This document shows, one piece after another, positions 1 to 14,826 of a stretch of DNA of 64,000 nucleotides (the first letter of the stretch is position 1; every line of letters begins with the position of its first letter). The notes beneath the pieces are model-generated. The model saw only the letters and a list, made by a program, of their open reading frames with translations. It did not search any database and was not told the origin of the DNA. Origin of the DNA: the human T2T-CHM13v2.0 reference genome, Homo sapiens; assembly GCF_009914755.1 (NCBI RefSeq), contig NC_060937.1. One strand, 5' to 3'. Both the position numbers and the translations under genes were made by a program.

Positions 1-381
1 GAATTAAGTATTTCTTATGTGACCCTAACTTGGAGAAAACTTTCGGAAGCTTGAGCCTAGTTTTCTGAGAATTCATCCCATGTGCCTTATGCCTTTGTTG
101 ATTTTGCTTTGTATTCCTTAGCTATAAATTCCCTGTGAGGTACATGGATTAGAGAAAGAAAGAAAAAAAGAAAGAAAGAGAGGAAGGAAAGAAGGAAGGA
201 AGGAAGGAAGGAAGGGAGGAAGGAAATATATATTAGCCATAAGTACAAATATATGCCAATCCTTATGAATTCTTCTAGTGCATCATTGAATATGGCAGTG
301 GTCTTGGGGACTCTGACAGTATAGAATTCTTCTAGTGAACCACTGAATATGGATGGGAGTGGTCTTGGGGACTCTGACACA
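1..381 (+). mobile_element. MER21-like LTR 3' part, interrupted by a (GGAA)n tract, with a duplicated terminus
   Basis: ttctagtgaa...gtggtcttggggactctgaca LTR end occurs twice (~267-320 and ~325-381); purine simple repeat ~150-225. Confidence 0.6.
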
Positions 382-795
382 GTGGCGTAATAGTTTTTCC
401 AGGGAAGTCCTTTGTCAGAATTTATTTTAATACTTAAACTACATTATATTTCCAATAATGAAAATGTATAAAGATAATAAATAATAATTTAAAGAATTTG
501 ACTATTCAAGAAAGAATATACTTTATCTAGCCAAATATTGGACAAAATGTTGCTACCTCATTAATCTCCACCAAGGAAATTTGCTATACTTGAGTGGCTC
601 TTACCTTGACCTATATATAAAAAGGATGCTGACTTATAGCTGATTCACATGTTGGCTTAATTTTTTATAGGGTTAAGTTATATATTAATGTTTTTCCCTA
701 CATGGGATAAAGTTACTCAGACAAGGATTACCTGAGTAATTCTTCTGTATTTAGTACAGGACCAGGGAAAATTGTGTGTAGACATAACCTTGTAA

Positions 796-1115
<320 letters not shown>

Positions 1116-1258
1116 CTCTGTTCTTTATCTATCTTAAATTGGTTTTATTTACATAGAAAAAACAGTTTAAACTGCACTGTCACCTACGTTTATTTTGGTG
1201 TCCACTCCAGTGAACATATTTCCTGACTAAAAAGGGTAGGGCTGATGCTGTAATTATT

Positions 1259-3818
1259 CAGGCATACCTTGTCTTATTATGCTTCACTTTATTGTGCTTC
1301 AAAGATACTGCATTTTTTACAAATTGAAGATTTGTGGCACCCCTGTGTTAAGCAAGTCTATCAGCACTATTTTTCCAATGGCATATGTTCATTTCCTATC
1401 TGCATCATATTTTGGTAATTCTCACAATATTTCAAACTTTTAAATTATTACTATATCCGTTAATGGTGATCAGTGATCTTTGATGTTACTACTGTAATTG
1501 TTTTGGGGAGCCATAAACCAAGCCCATATAAAACAGCAAACTGTTTAATAAAGGTATGTATGTTCTGACTGCTCTACCAACCAGCCATTCCTGGGTCTCT
1601 CTCCCTCTCTTTGGGCTTCTCTATTCATTGAGACACAACACTATTGAAATTAGGCCAATTAATAACCCTACTATGGTGTTGAAGTAGAAGGAAGAGTTGC
1701 ACATCTCTCACTTTAATTTGGCTAGAAATGATAAGCTTAGTCATTTAGTGAGGAAGGTATGTTGAAAGCTGAGACAGGCTGAAAGCTAGGCCTCTTGTGC
1801 CAAACAGTTAAGCCAAGGCATAAATGCAAAGGGAAGATTCTTAAAAGAAATTAAAAGCACCACTCTAGTGAACACACAAATGATAAGGAAGCAAAACAGC
1901 TTTCTTGCTGATATGGAAAAAGTGTGAGTGGTCTGGATAGAAGACCAAAGAAACCACAATATTCTCTTAAGCCAAAACCTAATCAAGAGTAAGACCCTAA
2001 ATCCTTTCAATTCTATGAAGGCTGAGAGAAGTGAGAAAGCTGCAGAAGAAAAGCTGGAAGCCAGCAGAGGATGGTTCATGAGGTTTAAGGAAAGAAGCCC
2101 CCTTCATAACATAAAAATGCCAAGTGAAGCAGCAAGTGCTGATGTCACACCTGTTGCTGCAATTTTTTGCTGGAGGAATTAAATATGTCTTATGTGTTGC
2201 AGCAAGTTACCCAGAACTAGCTAAGATCACTGATGAAGGTGATTACACTAACCAACAGATTTTCAATGTACACAAAACAGCCTTCTGTTGGAAAAAGATG
2301 CAAGCTGAGAAAAGTGGGAAATTCTGGCCTTCTCCATTATTATCAAGCCTCTAAAGATTCTGGAGATACCCCTATCTCAGCCCCACAGTCCATGTGACTT
2401 TTAAAAAAATATATATGGAGGAAACTGTGAAAGCCATATCACCCAGACATTCCTAGCTAGAGAGGAGAAGACAATGCCTCGCTTCAAAGCATCAAAAAAC
2501 AGGTTGACTTGTCTAATGCAGCCAGTGAGTTTATGTTGAAGCTAATGCTCAATTACCATTCTGAAAATCCTAGGAATTATGCTAAACCTACTCTTCCTGT
2601 ACTCTATACATGAAACAACAAAGCCCAGATGACAGCACAAGAGTTTAGAGTTTACAGCATGGTTTATTGAATATTTTAAGCCCAGTGTTGAGACCTACTG
2701 CTCAGAAAATAAGATTCCTTTCAAAATATTACTACTTTTTGAGAATGTACCTGGTTACATCCAAGAACTCTGTGGGAGATACACAAGAAGATAAATGCTG
2801 TTTAAATGCCTGCTAACATAACATCTATTCTGCTGCCCATGGATCAAGGAGTAATTTTAGCTTTCAAGTCTTATTATTTAAGAAATACATTTCATAAGTT
2901 TATACCTGCCATAGATAGTGATTCCTCTGATGGGTCTGGAAGAAAACCTTCTGGAAAGGATTCATCATTCTAGATGCCACTAAGAACATTTGTGATTTAT
3001 GGGAGGAGGTAGAAAAATGTCAACATTAAAAGAAGTTGGAAGAAGTTGATTCCAACCCTCACAGATGACTATGAGGGGTGCAAGACTTCAGTGGAGGAAG
3101 TACTGTAGATGTTTTGGAAACAGCAAGAGAACTAGAATTAGAAGTAGAGCCTGAAGAGGTGACTGACTTGCTGCAATCTCATGATAAAATTTGAATGGAT
3201 GAGGAGTTGCTTCTTACAGATGAGCAAAGAAAGTGGTCTCTTAGATGAAATCTGCTCCTGGTAAAGATGCTGTGATGTCATTTTTGAAATGACAGCAAAG
3301 GATTTAGAATATTCTATGGACTTGGTTGATAAATCAGCAGCAGAGTTTGAAAGGACTATGCCAATTTTGAAAGAATTTCTACTGTGGGTAAAATGCTATC
3401 AAACCACAACACATATGACAGAGACATCTTTCATAAAAGAGTCAATCGGTGCAGCAAACTTCGTTGTTGCCCTATTTTCAAAATTTGCCACAGGCACTTC
3501 AGCTTTCAGCAACCACCACCCTGATCCATCAGGAGCCATCAACATTGAGGCAAGACCCTCCACCAGCAAAAAGATTATAACTCACTGAAGGCTCAAATGA
3601 TCAATAGCATTTTTCAGCATAAAATCTTTTAAAAGTAAGGTATTTACATTGTTTTTAGACATAATGCTATTGCATACTTAATAGACTACAGTAATGGTAT
3701 AAAAAAAACTTTTATATATACTAAGAAACCCCAAAATTTGTGTAACTCACTTCATCGTGATACTTGCTTCATTACAGTGATCCGGAACCAAACCCATAAT
3801 ATCTCCAAGGTATGCCTG
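1259..3818 (+). mobile_element. Tigger1 DNA transposon, essentially full length, disrupted pogo-like transposase
   Basis: TIRs CAGGCATACCT (1259) and AGGTATGCCTG (3808-3818); ORF 1928..2182 (WIEDQ...[12 protein letters not shown]) is Tigger/CENP-B-type transposase. Confidence 0.93.
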
Positions 3819-4122
3819 TGTTTATGTTGTTGTTAATGGTGTAGTTTTAAGTTCTCCTAGGTACATATTATTTTAGTTTAAAAAATAATATAATAATATA
3901 TTATCGTGCTTGAGGACCAAAAATGTATCTGGGATCTAAAAAAAATGTGTATAAATAGTGGAACAGATCACAACTTCTTTAAGTTCTCTTACCATATGCA
4001 ATTTTATATTGTTGCTATAAAACCTAGAAGTTCAGCTTCCAAAATATAGTGGACACCTGTTTTGTCAGTGGCATTTATGTGCAAATGTAACGAATTAGAA
4101 AGAAAATATATAGCTAGACTTA

Positions 4123-4236
<114 letters not shown>

Positions 4237-7200
4237 TCATAATTGATTTCAGAAATAAGAGAGACAGTCAATTCTCAATTAACTCTCCCATAACCAGGTT
4301 CTTTTGCAGCATGTGTAAGAGAAGCTGAGAAAAATGGGAAATTCTGGCCTTCTCCATTATTATCAAGCCTCTAAAGATTCTGGAAATCCCCCTATCTCAG
4401 CCCCACAGTCCATGTGACTTAAAAAAAAAAATACAGAGGAAACTGTGAAAACCATATCACCTATGTGGTATAGATCATTAAAACTTCTTGTAGTAGACAC
4501 TAAATATAGATAATGCAGGCACCCTGCCATTACAGTAGATAAGACAATAGAAGCTGTAGTATTTTGAGGCAGAAATAGAAAGACAAGATAATATTTTCAT
4601 TTTTGCCTATCTTGAAATTCCTCCAGGATATAAAAGTGGAAATTTCTAGTGGTCAGTGTAAATGTAATCTGCAATTCAGAAACAATTGAGAATGATGATC
4701 TTAGAGATGGCAAATGAAGCCAAGAGTGAATGAGATCATTCATTGAGGGTACACAGAGAAGTAAGAGAATCAATAATACAAACTGAGAAAGCAACTTTTA
4801 AAGGATAGGACAATTACCAAAGATAGACAGGCCATCATTTAAACAATAAGAAAACCCAGGAAAAACTACTATCATAGAAGTCAAGTCAGGGAGGGTGGGG
4901 AGTATTCAAAGAAGTGAGCATGGTTGGCAGTGTAAAATGCCTCACAGATGCTTCGCCAAATTTGAAGAGGAGTTGCTGTATTTGGCTATTAAGAGATAAA
5001 CTAGGCGAAAGCATGATGGCAGGGTCACAAGAGAAATGAAAAGAGATAGAGGACTAAAAAGCAATGGCAATGAGTATATTCATTTATTCATGAAGTTTGG
5101 CTGAGAAAAAGAGAGCTAAGGTGGTAGTTTTATGAGGACAGTTAATCGTAAAGTAAAAGTTTGTTTTTATTTTGTTTTGGTGGAAGAGTTGAGCATGTCA
5201 CAAGCAAAGGATAAGCCAAAGGCAGTAAAAGAGAGATTAAAAATATGCAAAGGGATATTATTAAGTAAGTCCTAGAGACAGCAGATAAGACTGGGGAAGA
5301 GGTTTGGGATCATTTTCCTTTAAGACAGGAAGAACAGGATAGTAAATCTGAAAATAAAAAGGAGGAAAATTGGGTTTCACACCTGATAGATTCTCTTTTT
5401 GGGTGTGAGCTAAGATATTAGATCATTTGATATGAGTGACAGGTTTGGGTATATTGGAACAGAAAATAGAATTCATTCATTCATTCAGCTAATGTTACTG
5501 AGCATCTACTATATGCTGCCACTACATTAAGCACTCAGGTACAAAGACAAACGGGTTATGGTTCTATCGGGGAAACAGCAAAATAAATAGGTGATTACAA
5601 TTAAGTGCCTTGATGGAGATGTGCACAGGTGCTTTGCAAGCATACAGGAGATGTAGCTAATTGAGGGTATGGGGGACTCCACATGGAAGAGCAGCCAATT
5701 AAGAACTAAGGAAAGGATATTCTAGGTAAAAGTAACAGTAAGGACCTTAGGTATAAAGCAGCAGATATATCCAGGAATAGCACATAGCATTTGGTCTAAC
5801 GGCAGTCTAGGATATTAGCAGGGATATGGCTGCAGAGACAGGAACAGCCAAGTTGAAGAGGACCCTGCAGAGACCACACCAAAAGAGCTTTGCTGTGATC
5901 CTCTGGGTAATGCAAACTGAAGGTTTTTAACAGGAAAGAACACTATTGTATCTGTATTTCAGAATGATAGGCAGCAGAGAAGAAAAATGGGTGTGGCAGA
6001 GTTAGTTAAGACTTTGGTAACTATGCTGTTGACATTATATCTAAAGTACTAAATTTAAACCTAAGTACTACATTTAAACCTAGGCAGCCACATTTTTAAA
6101 TGAACAATAACAGAATTGTCCAAAAAGGCAGCTGAAATACCTGGGCAGTCTGGAACCTATGTTATGAGGAATGGCTAATGTAACTTAATATTTTAGCTTA
6201 GAAAACAAAACAAAACAAAAACCTATGGGAAGACTGAGAGTCATTTACAAATCTTTGAAAAACTATCTTGCAGGAGTGTAGACTTGTTCTTATTCTTCAG
6301 AGGATGTAACTAAAACCAGTGGATTTTAAGGAAGTTTCAGGAAAAGAGAATAAGAGGCATCATATGATGTTTTAACAATTTTAACAATTAGAACTTCCCG
6401 ATAATGAAACAGAAAAGCCTCAGATTCCTTATCTGTGAGCTAAAAGCATTATATTCCTCAATCTCTCAGAGCCATTGCTAAAATCCTATGTTTACAAAGA
6501 TAGAAGCTAAAACTTAAGTTTATTATGTGCTGCAAAAAGCTCTAATCGGTCTTTCTGCCTGACTTTTAAGTAATGCAACGTACCTATGTGTTAAAAAGCA
6601 ATGTCCGTATTGTACTTATGTTGTGCATATCAGAAGACTCCCAAGAGGGGGAAACTCAGTTTCATTCAAAACAGTGAATCAAGAGTGAGACAAAGCTACA
6701 GAGAGGACAGCAGCAGAAGGATAAACAGCACACTCAGCAAATAGCTCTAGTTATCTACCAATGAATCAATTATTTATGTATTCAGCATGGGAAGAACTGC
6801 AAATCATCCATTAACCTTTCCAATCACCGTAGTATCCACATGGTTAGAACTGTCCTTCACTATAAAGATTAACAATTCACTCTAGAGTGAAAATCTTTAA
6901 CATTTATACTGGGGACAGTATTAACATCTTCCTGGGAAGCTGTTAAAATAGGCTTTTATCATATGTTCAGTGATCCTGCGGAGTCAGAGTAGGATTATTT
7001 CACATAAGTGAATTTTTCATATAAACTAAGGTAAATGAATGCTTTGGGGACAAAAGACTTTACTTTTAACCTTAAAAAAAATCCTCCAACAATGTTTTAT
7101 ATATCACCTTTTTCTTAATAACTTGGGCTTATGATTATGAGCATACATTTCTATTTTATGTTCAGTTCAGTAAATAATTTTGCATATTTGCTTTTTGCCA

Positions 7201-7389
7201 CTCTTTGTGAAAGGGAATAGAAAGCATGAGTCACCCTGACTGACCTCAGGGAGGAACCTACAGCTGAGTGAAGCAAACAGATATATCAGCAATAAGGGAC
7301 CAAGAGGAAGGCTAAGGCAAGTAGAAATTCTGGTGCCCCTGTCACAGAGAGGGGCTAGGAAAATCAGAAAAGAAACACAGGAAAGTGAT

Positions 7390-7610
7390 ATTCACCATTT
7401 ACTGGAATTTAAAACCTATTATGTGTCAGAAACTTCAACCAGCACTTCGCATATATTATTTCTCTACATACTCACAAAACCCCTGCAAGATACTGATATT
7501 TCCTTTTCACAGGTGAGGAAGGAAATTAAGGCCCAGAAAGGTCACATGGTAGTAAGTGCAGAGCTGGGATTCAAATTCAGATTTGCAATGCCATTACAGT
7601 CTGGTCTTTT
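7390..7610 (-). mobile_element. MIR fragment
   Basis: Degenerate core acaggtgaggaa...ggtcacatggtagtaagtgcagagctgggattcaaa. Confidence 0.6.
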
Positions 7611-8858
7611 CATCATGTCATGGCCCCATAAAGAGGTAGTGTTTGTGCTAGACCTTGAAGGATGTGGAATTGGCATGTATGAGAAGGAGCACATTCCAAG
7701 CACATAGTCTGAGGAAAGGCATAAAGATGCCTGTGATCTAGGAGGAATCAGTGCCTTCAGCCCAGTATCAAGGAACATGAAGTTTGAGCTAATCATCCAT
7801 TTACAGACAAGAGAATGCAAGAACTTATCCTATCTTGTCTCAATTTCTTACTTACCTTAGTCAACACTACAACACATACTTCCCTTTACCAACAATAGAA
7901 CTGACTTTCTCAAAATTTTCTAAATGTCCCCCATTAGCTCTAATCCCCAAACCTAATGCCCTTCCTCTCAATCCTTTCATTATCCCTCTAGATATTCTGG
8001 ATCAGTGACTAGCAGATTATTCTGCATGCCACTCCCATCCTCAAAATCCTCTACCTCCTTGTCTGACCTAGCTATGTCTTCAGGACTCCAACCCTCTTTT
8101 CGGCTCTTCCTCCCTTGACTGTCACTGTTGAACTTCTTCAGAGCAATATCCCAGACTATTTCTTCTTTTCCCACTGTATATTCTCCCCAAAGCATTTCAT
8201 TCATTCAATGACTTCACTTTTTATATAATAATTTTGAAATTTTATATAATAATTTGAAATTAATAATTTTCAAATCTTTATTTGTTTCCTGAGAGTCATA
8301 TATCCAACTGCTCTTTGGACACTTCCATTTGGATAACACACATTGAAAACTGAGTTTACATCCTAATCTTAAAACATATGCCAAAATAAGATTAATATTG
8401 ATTAAATATTTAAACGTCAGATATTATGCTATACAAATACTAAAATATGTGGTGAATGCTATGAAACATTGAGATGGTCTTTTTAACTGTAACATTAGAA
8501 ATCATAAATAAAAGATAGCTCTGACAACCTCAAAACAAAAACTCTACAATACCAACGATATCATAAATAAAACTGAAAGGCAAATGGATAGCTTGAAAAT
8601 AGATGCAACACCTTTCATAATTTACTGATCACCTCTTTGTCCTGTATTTATAAGTACGCACTTCTACTAACAAAAGTTCCATCTCTCGAGATCTTACCAT
8701 GCATAATTATAAAGTGAAGTGCCTTGAATTTCATGATAGCCCAGAGATAGCAGCTACCTGTTTGAATTCTAGTGATTAGTGGTGAAACTAAAAGGATAAT
8801 TAAGGAAGCAAATACAAAAAATAACCTCTTAATTTGGAAAACTGTTACGTCCTTTTTA

Positions 8859-9127
8859 CTTTTTTTTTTTTTCTGAGATGGAGTGCAGTGGTGTGATCTT
8901 GGCTCACTGCAACCTCTGCCTTCTGGGTTCAAGCTATTCTCCTGCCTCACCTCTGAGTAGCTGGGACTACAGGCGCCCACCACCACGCCCAACTAATTTT
9001 TGTATTTCTAGTAGAGACAGGGTTTCGCTATGTTGACCAGGCTGGTCTCAAATGCCTGACCTCGTGATCCGACCACCTCAGCCTCCCAAAGTGCTGGGAT
9101 TACAGGCTTAAGCCACAGTGCCCAGCC
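8859..9127 (-). mobile_element. Alu (AluS-like) with a small internal deletion
   Basis: Poly-T then gagatggagtgcagtgg (the tctcgctctgtcgcccaggctgg segment is missing). Confidence 0.9.
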
Positions 9128-9295
9128 CTTTTTATTTTTTATACAAGTTGTATATTTTCCTGTCTACCCTCCATATTTAGAAACTTAACTCCAAAATCTG
9201 CTTCTCTCCCAAACCAAAAACAAAACCTAGAAAAGTGAAAAACATAATTTACAGTAAGAAGAAACACTTAGAATTTGGAAATAAAAAAGAGTTAC

Positions 9296-9349
9296 CTGAG
9301 ACATTTCAGCTAGGTATGTACGGCGTTCATTGTTGATCTTCTGGTAAGC
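9296..9349 (-). CDS. CCDC169: CCDC169 coding exon 6 (AYQKINNERRTYLAEMSQ)
   Basis: Acceptor cacag|, donor CAG|GTAAC; 54 nt, phase 0-0. Confidence 0.95.
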
Positions 9350-9462
9350 CTGTGTGAAGATACAAAAGCAAAGGGTCCAACATATGAGAAGATTAGCAAT
9401 ACTAGCAAGACTAAGTTAAGGTGTATGTCTCTATAGTGTAGGAAATAGTTTTGTGTTAATTA

Positions 9463-9636
<174 letters not shown>

Positions 9637-9745
9637 CTAAAAATATAAATAGTAAAATTTTATATGTACTCATGTTCTAAACAAAATAAGAAATGACCAT
9701 CAATTTCTTCACTAGTAAATGCCTTGTATACCTAATATTTTGTGA

Positions 9746-10082
<337 letters not shown>

Positions 10083-10875
10083 TAAGTAATAGTAATAATC
10101 ACAATATTTATTGAACCCTAACAATATGTCATGTATTGTACTAAGTGTTTTTCTTTTTTTCATATTAAACTATCTTTATTTGAAAAACGGTATCGTACAA
10201 ACCTAACACTCTCTATCAAACTTCAATAAGGGCAATTTCCACATCGACTAATGAATAGTAGCTAAACTAACAAGAGATCAATCAAAAGTGCTTTCAAAGG
10301 AGCAGCACTGGCTGATGTTCTGCTGAGGCTGTGGGCATTCAGGACCTGGCTACAGGGAAAACAGAATCAAACCAGCTGGTGCTTTGGACCCAAGCCCTCA
10401 CATCGTGACCTGCCTCCCTCCTGGGGGCCCTGGCACTTCCAGGTTCCTTTGGCACTTCCTGGCCCCTGTGGGGGCAGGAACTTGGCCTCACAGTTAGCTG
10501 GCTTCTGCCTGTTGTGGTCATTTTTTTTTCCAGAGTGCCCAGAGTGCTCTCTCAGTGGACATGGCGGTCATCCAGCTTTCCTGAGGTGTTTTCTCAAGGA
10601 AGAGGGTCTTGCTGTGAAAACTGGAAGTGTCTTTCTTCAATTCTTGGGCCAGTTCTAGGAACAACTTGTAGCAGTCTGATACAAGCAGTTCAAGTTTTCA
10701 TGCACCTTGTGAAGTCTCTGGTCGGGGTCCAGGCAGTAGGTGTCCTCCTCCATGGACTGCTGCTGAGACCCCATCATGCGTTCTCCATGCAGTTCAGATA
10801 GAGTGGGGAGGGTCAGCTACAGCTTCGGGAACTCTCCCACAGGCTGTGCCCTTGCACCCTGCAGAAAGCCCTGCT

Positions 10876-11172
10876 CCCTGGTGTGGTGGCTCACACCTGT
10901 AATCCCAGCACTTTGAGAGGCCGAGGCGGGTAGATCACTTGAGCTCAGGAGTTCGACACCAGCCTGGCCAACATGGCGAACCCTGTCTGCACTAAAAATA
11001 CAAAAATTAGCTGGCATGGTGGCGCATGCCTGTAATCCCAGCTACTCGGCAGGCTGAGGAAGGAGAATCGCTTGGAACCCAGGAGGCAGAGGTTGCAGTG
11101 AGCTGAGATTGTGCCACTGCACTCCAAGCTGAGTGACAGAGCAAGGCTCCATAAAAAAAAAAAAAAAAAAAG
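10876..11172 (+). mobile_element. Alu (AluS-like)
   Basis: Sense dimer with poly-A tail. Confidence 0.92.
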
Positions 11173-11744
11173 AGGCCTGCTTGCCGATCAGACTTTGGAC
11201 TTGTCCTGTGAGTTCTTTCCTTCTTTGGATTTCTTCCCATAATTGCATTCTGCTTCTCCAACATCCCCTCAGGAAATAAGAAGGATGCACCTAAGCTACC
11301 ATTGTCATCCACAGTCTTCAGAGGAACTTGTGGCCAGGACGCTGAAGAGGACCCACTATGTCCTGCTTCCCCAATCCCCATTCACTGCCAAGTCCTCGTC
11401 CTCCACGTAGTCTCTTACCACCCTTGACCAGATGCAGGGCGCTCAGCACGGTGTGGGCCAGGGAGGTCAGTTGTCCCACTCCAATATTCATGTGGGCTGT
11501 TTCATTCCTGTCTTGGCCTGCTCCAGCCTTTCCTTCTCCTTCTTTGCCTGCAAGCGTTGCTTCCATCTTGCAATTTCTTGGCTGGGCAGCTGTGCAGGTT
11601 GCTGATGGTCAGTGCTGTCATTCAGATCATCTGCAGTTTGCCCTTGAAGATCTCCAGCATGCTGTGAAGTGTGAGGGACGTGATTTGCATCAGTCACTTA
11701 GGGAAGTTCAGGAGGCCTGTTTTTTCATGCTTTTCTCAGCTCAC

Positions 11745-12097
11745 TGTTTTAGTTCGTTCTCATGCTGCTATGAAGAAATACCCGACACTAGGTAATTTAT
11801 AAAGAAAAGAGGTTTAACTGACTCATGGTTCTGCATGGCTGGGGAGGCCTCAGGAAACTTATAATCATGGTGGAAGGCACCTCTTCACAGGACAGCAGGA
11901 GAGAAAATGAGAGCAAGCAGGTGAAATGCCAGACACTTATAAAGCCATCAGATCTTGTGAGAACTCACTATCACAAGAACAGCATGGAGGAAACAGCCCC
12001 CATAATCAATGACCTCCATCTGGTCTTGCCCTTGACATGTGGGAATATTACAATTCAAGATGACATTTGGGTGGGAACACAGAGCCAAACCATATCA
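11745..12097 (-). mobile_element. THE1 (MaLR) solo LTR
   Basis: tgttttagttcgttctcatgctgctatgaagaaatacc...gagccaaaccatatca; TSD ctcac/ctcag. Confidence 0.85.
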
Positions 12098-12917
12098 CTC
12101 AGTCACGTCTGAAGGGAAGGCCTACTCATTTCATTTAGAACCCCTCAAGCAGAGGTTTTTGAGTGATCAAGGACTGACCTCCAGCATGGGTGATATGAGG
12201 CCCCCACCGGCCTGGGGTGCTGGCCACATCTTGGCCCTGGCCTCTCTGTGGACCTCACCCTGGGCTGAACCCCTCTGGGCTGTCTCTTCCCTTCTTCTCA
12301 CTGCATGTCATCTCCTGATCATAAAGGCCACCACAGCAGCACATGTCTGATCACCCAGAGTGTCCATAGGTTCCCTGGCACTAGTCCCAGGATTCTGCAC
12401 ATCACTAATTACTACTGCCCACAGGTGGGCCAGCAGCAGCTGGGTAGGCACTGTGTGGCAGGCAGAGGTGCTCTCTGGCTCCTGAGGGCTCTGCAGCTCT
12501 GCTTCCATTTGCTAGTGGCCTGTGGGCCACAGCTGACCACTAGTGTTCTGTCTTTAACACAAACAAGGGCCTAACGACCAGGTAGACCACCTATTGAGCT
12601 GGGGATAGGGGAGGTACCCGGTGTTATAGAAAACTGTGCTCTTGATTTGGCTGTACAAATAGAAAGTGACATTACTTATGCAATGCCTTGGGGGAGTGGA
12701 AAGAGCTCATGGCAGCCCCTAGCTCAGGCCATTTCAGGCCCCATCTAGCCCTACAGCACAGCTAGAAGGTCAAAGCAGGGCTATCTCATAGCCCTGTGTC
12801 CACACAATCCTCTCAGGGCACTGTGGTGGCCCATCCCTGGTGAGGTTCATTACCCTAATTTCAAGTTTCCTTCTGCTTCAGGGAAGCCTGGTCCTGCCTA
12901 CAAAGAGTCTGTCTACC

Positions 12918-13224
<307 letters not shown>

Positions 13225-13598
13225 CTACCTTACTAGATTGAGCTCCTTGTAAAAGGGACTATGTTTTCTTCATCTCCATATCCCCAGTAGCTAGCCAGTG
13301 CCCAGTATACACTAAGGGCTCAGTCATTGTCTTATTTTGTTGTCTACTCTGACTTAGGACATGTCACTTCCCCTCTTGACCTCCATATTCAGATCTGTGA
13401 ATGAGTAAGTGGGTAAAGTCCCTCTAGCTTTAAAAGCCCTCCAATATAGACAGAACTCAGAAACCAGAACCAGAAGCTGAGGAATGGCGAATGGAACATT
13501 TTCCCTGGTGTGATGGATGAGACCGCAGATCTGGCTACTAGGGTGATTTTTTTGCCACTTGAAAGCCTCTGCAGAATTTGACCCTAGTTTTCAAATCA

Positions 13599-13727
<129 letters not shown>

Positions 13728-13793
13728 TCAGCTCAGCAGCTGCTGTCTGGGCCACAGCCTGTCTGCTGAGTCCTGCTCCCCTACAGAGGTTTT

Positions 13794-14402
13794 TGTCAGA
13801 GGCATTTGAAACAGAGCAACTCCATCTTGAATAGAGGCTAGGTAAAATAAGGCTGAGACCCACTGGGCTGCATTCCCAGGAAGTTAGACAATCTTAATCA
13901 CAGGATGAAATAGGAGGTTGGCACAAGGTACAGGTCAATAAAAGGATGCAGTAAAGAAATGGGGCAAAACCCACCAAAACCCTAGATGGCAACAAAAGTA
14001 ACCTCTGGTTATCCTCACTGCTCATTATATGCTAATTATAATGTATTAGCATACTAAAAGACACTTCTATCAGCACCATGACAGTTTACAAATGCCATGG
14101 CAACATCAGGAATTTACCTGTCTAAAAAGGGAAGGAACCCTCATTTCCAGGAGCTGCCCACCCCTTTCACGGAAAACTCATGAATAATCCACTCCTTTAG
14201 CATATAATCAAGAAATAAGCACAAAAATAGCCAACCAGCACCCCGGGGGCTGCTCTGCTGATGGAGTGGCCATTCTTTTATTCCTTTACTGTCTTAATAA
14301 ACTTGCTTTCACTTTACACTACGGATTTGCCTCTAATTCTTTTTTGTGCAAGATCCAAGAACCCTCTCTTGCAGTCTGGATCGGGACCCCTTTCCATTAA
14401 CA
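13794..14402 (+). mobile_element. MER41 solo LTR (ERV1)
   Basis: tgtcagaggcatttgaaacagagcaactccatcttgaatag start; TG...CA ends; short gttt-like TSD. Confidence 0.85.
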
Positions 14403-14826
14403 GTTTCTCCAGACATTACAGTGTGACTGGCCATGTCATCTGTCACAGGTGTGAAAACAATCAAAACCAAGAGCCTGAAGCTGCCGGGATGAGTGCCTGC
14501 AGAGGAATCCTGCTCCCTGCAGGCACATCTAGAATGTGTTCCTGTGCTGGGGCCCTGCTCTTTCCAAGAAGGCAGGCTCCAGGGACTCCCAGGATCCTGC
14601 TCCCTCGGATACCACAGTCTATGTAGGCAGCAGGACTAAAGTGATGAGAGCCGCCATGATAGTGAGGGCCGAGAGCAGGATGGCGGAATTAGAAGGCAGC
14701 GTCCTGACCCCTGGCGATGAGCTGAGTCAATTGGTCCCTGTCTCCCCCTCAGAGCCACCATCTTGTCGTGGCTTCCCTCAGGAACATTATGAGCTCTCCC
14801 CCAGGAAGCGCTTCTTGGTTTCCCAT

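Noticed and set aside
1786-3588. Transposase-like ORFs as a domesticated TIGD-type gene
   Set aside because: Fragmented by stops, frameshifts and insertions inside an ordinary Tigger1 copy with TIRs.
8218-8275. Short AT-rich tandem duplication (ttatataataatttgaaatt x2)
   Set aside because: Ordinary slippage repeat within L2-like debris.
11358-11795. Longest ORF in the track (145 aa, + strand) as a gene
   Set aside because: Antisense to the decayed retrocopy, runs into THE1, and has no splice or promoter support.
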